Assembly: GCA_948465625.1 (NCBI GenBank)
Contig: CAOJXM010000007.1
Span: 1-13,458, forward strand
Source of the DNA: an uncultured Clostridium sp.
Lineage (GTDB): Bacteria; Bacillota; Clostridia; TANB77; CAG-508
Reading direction: 5' to 3'
Length of the DNA: 13,458 nt
The notes beneath the pieces were generated by a model. The model ran no database searches. It had not been told where the DNA came from and was given only the letters and a program-made list of their open reading frames with translations. A program made the position numbers and the translations under genes. The first letter of the stretch is position 1, and every line of letters starts with the position of its first letter. Below, one piece after another: positions 12,934 to 13,458 of the stretch.

Positions 12934-13458
12934 ATGCAAAAAATACTAATTGTAGAAGATGATGAAAAACTAAGAAGAGAACTAGAAATTTTTTTAAATA
13001 ACAATGGATACCAAGCACAAACATTAGACACTTTTGAACACACCATACAAGACATTTTAGAACAACATCCAGACTTGCTATTATTAGATATAAATTTGCC
13101 AAATGCAGATGGAGAATATATTTGTAAAGAAATTAGAAAAATTTCATCTTTACCAATTATCATTATTACCAGTCGCGATAATGAATTAGATGAGTTATTA
13201 AGTATTAATTATGGAGCAGACCACTATATAACAAAGCCATTTAACATTCAAATTCTGCTTGCTAAAATTGGCTCCCTTCTTAGAAGGACAAGTATGAAAG
13301 TAGAATCCCAAGAAAAAATAGATTGCAAAGAATTTGTTTTCAATATTTCTAGAAGTACCATAGAAAAAGAGGGAAAGGAACTAGAATTAACCAAAAACGA
13401 ATTTAAAATCCTAAAATATCTAGTGAAAAATAGAGAGAAAATAGTATCAAGAGAGGAT
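12934..13458 (+). CDS. OmpR-family response regulator (receiver plus start of the winged-helix domain); 3' end lies beyond the window
   Basis: Missing from the ORF track because it has no stop codon inside the window. AAGGAAGGAGGGG (12916-12928) precedes ATG 12934, and 175 codons are open to the edge. Translation: MQKILIVEDDEKLRRELEIFLNNNGYQAQTL…DLLLLDINLPNADGEYICKEIRKISSLPIIIITSRDNELDELLSINYGADHYITKPFNIQILLAKIGSLLRR…ELTKNEFKILKYLVKNREKIVSRED. The receiver acidic pocket (EDD), the phospho-acceptor D in LLLLD, T/S in ITS and K in TKPF are all present. The Trans_reg_C domain is starting at the edge. A possible TGgTATAAT lies at 12906-12914, but it is very close to the RBS. Confidence 0.9.
   Translation, partial: MQKILIVEDDEKLRRELEIFLNNNGYQAQTLDTFEHTIQDILEQHPDLLLLDINLPNADGEYICKEIRKISSLPIIIITSRDNELDELLSINYGADHYITKPFNIQILLAKIGSLLRRTSMKVESQEKIDCKEFVFNISRSTIEKEGKELELTKNEFKILKYLVKNREKIVSRED

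Noticed and set aside
12830-13163. Minus-strand ORFs 12830-13102 and 12903-13163
   Set aside because: They lie antisense to an unmistakable OmpR-family response regulator frame that starts at 12934. That frame is missing from the track only because it lacks an in-window stop.
1-13458. Mobile-element boundaries, integrase or transposase, tRNA/rRNA genes, CRISPR arrays
   Set aside because: I looked on both strands and found none. All intergenic gaps are 224 nt or shorter and are accounted for by promoters and terminators.

Overview
AT-rich chromosomal segment that looks like a low-GC Bacillota genome (Clostridia/Erysipelotrichia-like; taxonomy is inference). I support 16 protein-coding loci. 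Two run off the window edges and are missing from the ORF track: an aminotransferase N-terminus on the minus strand at 1-429, and an OmpR-type response regulator starting at 12934. Recognisable genes are a receiver-less Spo0A C-terminal-domain protein, a membrane-tethered XRE regulator overlapping a DUF4097 SGS[IV]-repeat protein, a Cache-like/degenerate-GGDEF/intact-EAL c-di-GMP protein, a Maa-type acetyltransferase, a CaCA antiporter, DUF1836, an NMO-family flavoenzyme and a KilA-N protein. The DUF4097 gene carries two frameshifts and the acetyltransferase carries one. Two compact operons have no family I can name: 3137-4786 (two membrane proteins plus a CxxC...CxxC zinc-ribbon protein, with its own promoter and terminator and CGN-biased Arg codons) and 10557-11985 (a membrane protein pair). 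These two operons and the orphan Spo0A_C gene are the best candidates for something undescribed, but every functional idea about them is inference. I found no CRISPR array, tRNA/rRNA, integrase or transposase.
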